From: a virus
IMG/VR virus record: IMGVR_UViG_3300033149_000928
Span: 1 to 64,000 of that record
DNA: 64,000 bases
Strand: one strand, 5' to 3'
Shown one piece after another: positions 60,942 through 64,000 of the stretch (positions are counted from its first letter, which is position 1; each line of letters starts with the position of its first letter). The notes under the pieces are model-generated. The model did not search any database. It was not told the origin of the DNA and saw only the letters and a list, made by a program, of their open reading frames with translations. Made by a program: the position numbers and the translations under genes.

Positions 60942-62488
60942 TATAGCTCTCCTATAGACCGATTGATCTTTTCCAAAGACGTTTCAATATTATGCAAACT
61001 AGTAATTAATTCCACCATAAGGATTTGATTTACTAAATCAACAGGTTCAATATCATCAGGTATTCCATCAAGGTCTACCTCTGTTTTATACATCTTTTTT
61101 AGTCTGTCCAGACTCTTCATCCTTTTCCTCCATAAGTAATTCAAGTAACTCCATAATAGGGAACGTATAACTCCTTTCCTCCATCATCTTCACTCGATGC
61201 TCACGTATTGCTTCACTGATCCCAGGATACGTAGCCAGTAGCTCGCTCTCGGCTTCCGCCATATGACCACAAGCTAAGTACCAGTGACTAGGATAACCCA
61301 GGCGCGATTCGTCCATCAACACACTGGCCTGTGCTAAATGTTTCAGGCCACAGTTCAAGCAACTTTCCCGCATCGTGATACTCCCCAACTTTAGCTTTGA
61401 TATGACTCCCATCCTCCAAAGTAACCATCATATAGGCTTCCTCCCCATGTGGAGTAATCCCAAGATCATGGTCACATTCTTCACATCTCACATGATGCGC
61501 GATACGTGTAAACAAGACCGTATGGTGTGGACTCAAGAATGTATGGTGTAGGAATACTGGTTTCACTATATACTCTCCACCACAGTCACATGCCATTATT
61601 TGCTCCTTTAGCCCTAATTATATATTCCCAAGCTCATTACGGATTTGTTCTTTAGCCTCTTTAACTGCTTCTCCAAAGATATTAGACATCATTGCTTTAG
61701 CCATACTTGGGGCTAATTCCTCAAGTTTCCTATTCAGGTAGTCAGAAGTGAATTCCTCTATACCTTTATTAGAACCATCCCACGTTGTATTTGTTTTGAG
61801 GTTCGAGTTATTTAGAACTTTCTCAATCTCACTTTTAAGATACTCTCGAATCGCTTGCCATACCTCTGCACGGAAAGGTGTAACATGAATTTTTAAAGTC
61901 TCACGATACTCTTTAGGGTTATGATAGTTACTACTGCTATAAGAATGTATCTTTGACTCCCATTCCCATTCTTTTGTGTGCTCAAAGAATGCCTTAACCT
62001 CTTTATTAATCATCTCTTCCCATTGCTCTTGAGGAATAAGCATCCCAAACGTAGATTGTACTGTTTCTGCGATACGAGCTTTTAGTTGTTCAGGATTGAA
62101 TTGAACCACACTCTTATCTTCAGCATCAGACATTATTTCTCCTTAAATTGATTTAGTAAATCAATCAACCACTATTAATTGCCCCACCATCAGCCCCAAG
62201 GATATTAGGTTTCTCGAACTCCTTCTGTAACTTCTCCTTCTCAATATCCATATACTTCTGCGCTTTGAGATACGCATTCTCTACATCAGTAGCGTTTGGA
62301 ATATATACTGTCCTCCTTGTCTGTGAACCATCGGGAAATGTGATATCCAAGAAAGTAAAGTAATTCCTCATATCTTCATTGTTAATATTCACATGTTCCT
62401 CAATAATGGCATTCATTTTGAGATACCGATTAATACGGTATGTCGGTATAGCTTTCATTTGGTGGTGTTTATCTATGGGTTTATCCAT
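60941..62488 (-). other. Five hypothetical genes
   Basis: Co-oriented ORFs with RBSs (e.g. 61618-62133, 62165-62488). Confidence 0.55.
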
Positions 62489-63471
62489 TACGCCTCCCTA
62501 ATACCTAAAGCCACGAGAATATTCTCCAGTTCCTTGACCTCTTCACTACGCAAATAGGATTTATTCTTTGCTATCCAGTCATTTAGACGCTCCTTTGGAC
62601 TTTTCATATAATCATAAACGAAATCAACCATTGACCTTACAGCCTTGGCCAACCAATCTGGGACGATTCTAAATTTCTTTGACTTAATCTTATCTTGTTC
62701 ATTAATACCGATAGGCATAGTATTACCATATCTCGTAGTCCATGCCTTCGCAATTTTCTTATCATTACGAGCGCCATTATAATCAGATACATCAACCTTA
62801 TCACTTTGAGCGATGTCAATGATCTGTTCCCCATCGAGATACTGCCCTGCCACCCACTGGATATCAAAGAGACTTGGTAGACTACGATCTCTTGTTAGTC
62901 CAACATCTTTAGGAGTGAAATTATAACTATATTTGAGCTTCGGGAAACGACAAACATAGAGTCCACCAACATATATCTTGCCACCTTTACCTATTATACC
63001 ATAAGGTGTGGAGCTATCTCTTATGCCCTCAATAATTTTGTTCATTATTTCTTTGTACTCATTATATCTTATCTCCAACTCAACCATCACTTGATCCATG
63101 TTACAGCGAATAACATCAATAGCTAGGACTTCATCCTCATAGATTGTGCTATCAATGATCTTCGGCTCCCATAATTCTGATCCAGTATAAATCCTCACAG
63201 CCCTACCCATACGAGCAAACACCAACATAGCAAACTTAAAGCCCTCACCATATTGGCCGCGCTTATCGCCGCGCTTATTAACATTCTTATCAGTTTTCCC
63301 AAGGAGTAACTTGTCCCGACTGAGGGTGCCGGGATTCATGATACTGAGAGTACCATCCTGGTAACTATGATGGTACTTACCACTATCCATTGCATTCTGG
63401 AAGAACTCTCTCGCACCTTCCCAGATGCCCCAGTGTTTAACATAGTTCTTGTGGATGGGATATTCAAACAT
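62488..63471 (-). CDS. GHKL-type ATPase domain protein
   Basis: WGIWEGAREFFQNAMD (N box), LLLGKTDK, GQYGEGFK (G box). Confidence 0.75.
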   Translation of the reverse strand: MFEYPIHKNYVKHWGIWEGAREFFQNAMDSGKYHHSYQDGTLSIMNPGTLSRDKLLLGKTDKNVNKRGDKRGQYGEGFKFAMLVFARMGRAVRIYTGSELWEPKIIDSTIYEDEVLAIDVIRCNMDQVMVELEIRYNEYKEIMNKIIEGIRDSSTPYGIIGKGGKIYVGGLYVCRFPKLKYSYNFTPKDVGLTRDRSLPSLFDIQWVAGQYLDGEQIIDIAQSDKVDVSDYNGARNDKKIAKAWTTRYGNTMPIGINEQDKIKSKKFRIVPDWLAKAVRSMVDFVYDYMKSPKERLNDWIAKNKSYLRSEEVKELENILVALGIREA

Positions 63472-63515
63472 GATTAATAACCTTTCACTTCCACAAACTG
63501 ATTTAGTAAATCAAA

Positions 63516-63815
63516 CTAAAACGGAACCTCAGCAAACAGAAATTCATCTTCCATCCAACCTTCATCCCACCACCAATCGTAAGATACACAAGTATCAAAT
63601 ATACTGATATAATCATCTGCATTTTGTTGTTTCCTAGCAATAAGCACATCAATAATGACAGCAGCCTCCCCACGTGTAGCGGGAGGTTCCCTGTCCGGGA
63701 GCATCTTCTTTATGTACCTAAGTTGCTTACGTGTTGGTGGTAATTGCTTCCACTCTTCACCGATATCCTCTGGTAGTGTTGGTATTGGTGGTAGTTGTAG
63801 ATGTTCTATATTCAT
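63516..63815 (-). CDS. Hypothetical protein
   Basis: AGGAGG RBS; PPTRKQLRYI...TRGEAAVII. Confidence 0.55.
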   Translation of the reverse strand: MNIEHLQLPPIPTLPEDIGEEWKQLPPTRKQLRYIKKMLPDREPPATRGEAAVIIDVLIARKQQNADDYISIFDTCVSYDWWWDEGWMEDEFLFAEVPF

Positions 63816-63961
63816 ATATCCTCCTTCCTCCTTAAAAGTGGCTTCCTACACACCATCGCGCCCTTCTTTGATGCCGCCTCGGTCAGCCAGAATAGACGGT
63901 GGGGTTTATTCAAGTCGGACCCATACCGACCCCACGACCCCGAACTAGGGGAGGTTATTAT

Positions 63962-64000
63962 TGGTACCCAGGGAGGGACTCGAACCCTCACGCAGCTTAC
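63962..64000 (-). tRNA. 3' half of a tRNA (long variable arm, possibly Leu), truncated by the window edge
   Basis: GAGGGTTCGAGTCCCTC T-arm, then CCTGGGT-ACCA; anticodon not visible. Confidence 0.85.

Larger units (their letters stand above)
1510..63514. repeat. Dispersed palindrome TTGATTTASTAAATCAA (core TGATTT-N3-AAATCA), at least 41 copies
   Basis: Found by eye at 1510, 2907, 4164, 4275, 4752, 5012, 6319, 7291, 8906, 9639, 10996, 13201, 17010, 21330, 23007, 26988, 27965, 32037, 33272, 36056, 38024, 38451, 40820, 43356, 45104, 45965, 47165, 48290, 49541, 50031, 51796, 53058, 54880, 55851, 57160, 57657, 59043, 60537, 61025, 62148, 63498. Confidence 0.95.

Noticed and set aside
1510-63514. 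Palindrome as an FNR/CRP box
   Set aside because: FNR is TTGAT-N4-ATCAA; here the spacer is 7 nt with conserved inner TT/AA, and many copies are intragenic.

Overview
This window is part of a large, AT-rich tailed dsDNA phage genome (siphovirus-like). Left end: an intein-containing SF2 helicase, a tmRNA, a ParB-like gene, a divergent promoter region, then primase-helicase, dNTP diphosphohydrolase and DEDDh exonuclease. A minus-strand morphogenesis operon runs from 43085 to about 10500 (terminases, portal, scaffold, P22-type coat, tail tube, G/GT frameshift chaperone, tape measure, fibres, Kelch tail tip, lysis-like genes, glycosyltransferase/radical-SAM cassette). A GC-rich island holds a second ParB-like gene, followed by many small accessory genes and a tRNA at the right edge. 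Main unexplained signals: (1) a stand-alone Cas7/RAMP-like gene (58365-58997) followed directly by a 695-nt non-coding array with 5-nt NNN-GT periodicity, split into about 21 units, a candidate non-CRISPR RNA-guided system; (2) a shared N-terminal RxWY|G leader on five virion proteins; (3) at least 41 copies of the palindrome TGATTT-N3-AAATCA, many inside genes; (4) an intein whose LAGLIDADG endonuclease lies in an overlapping alternative frame. All calls come from reading motifs by eye; no database search was run.
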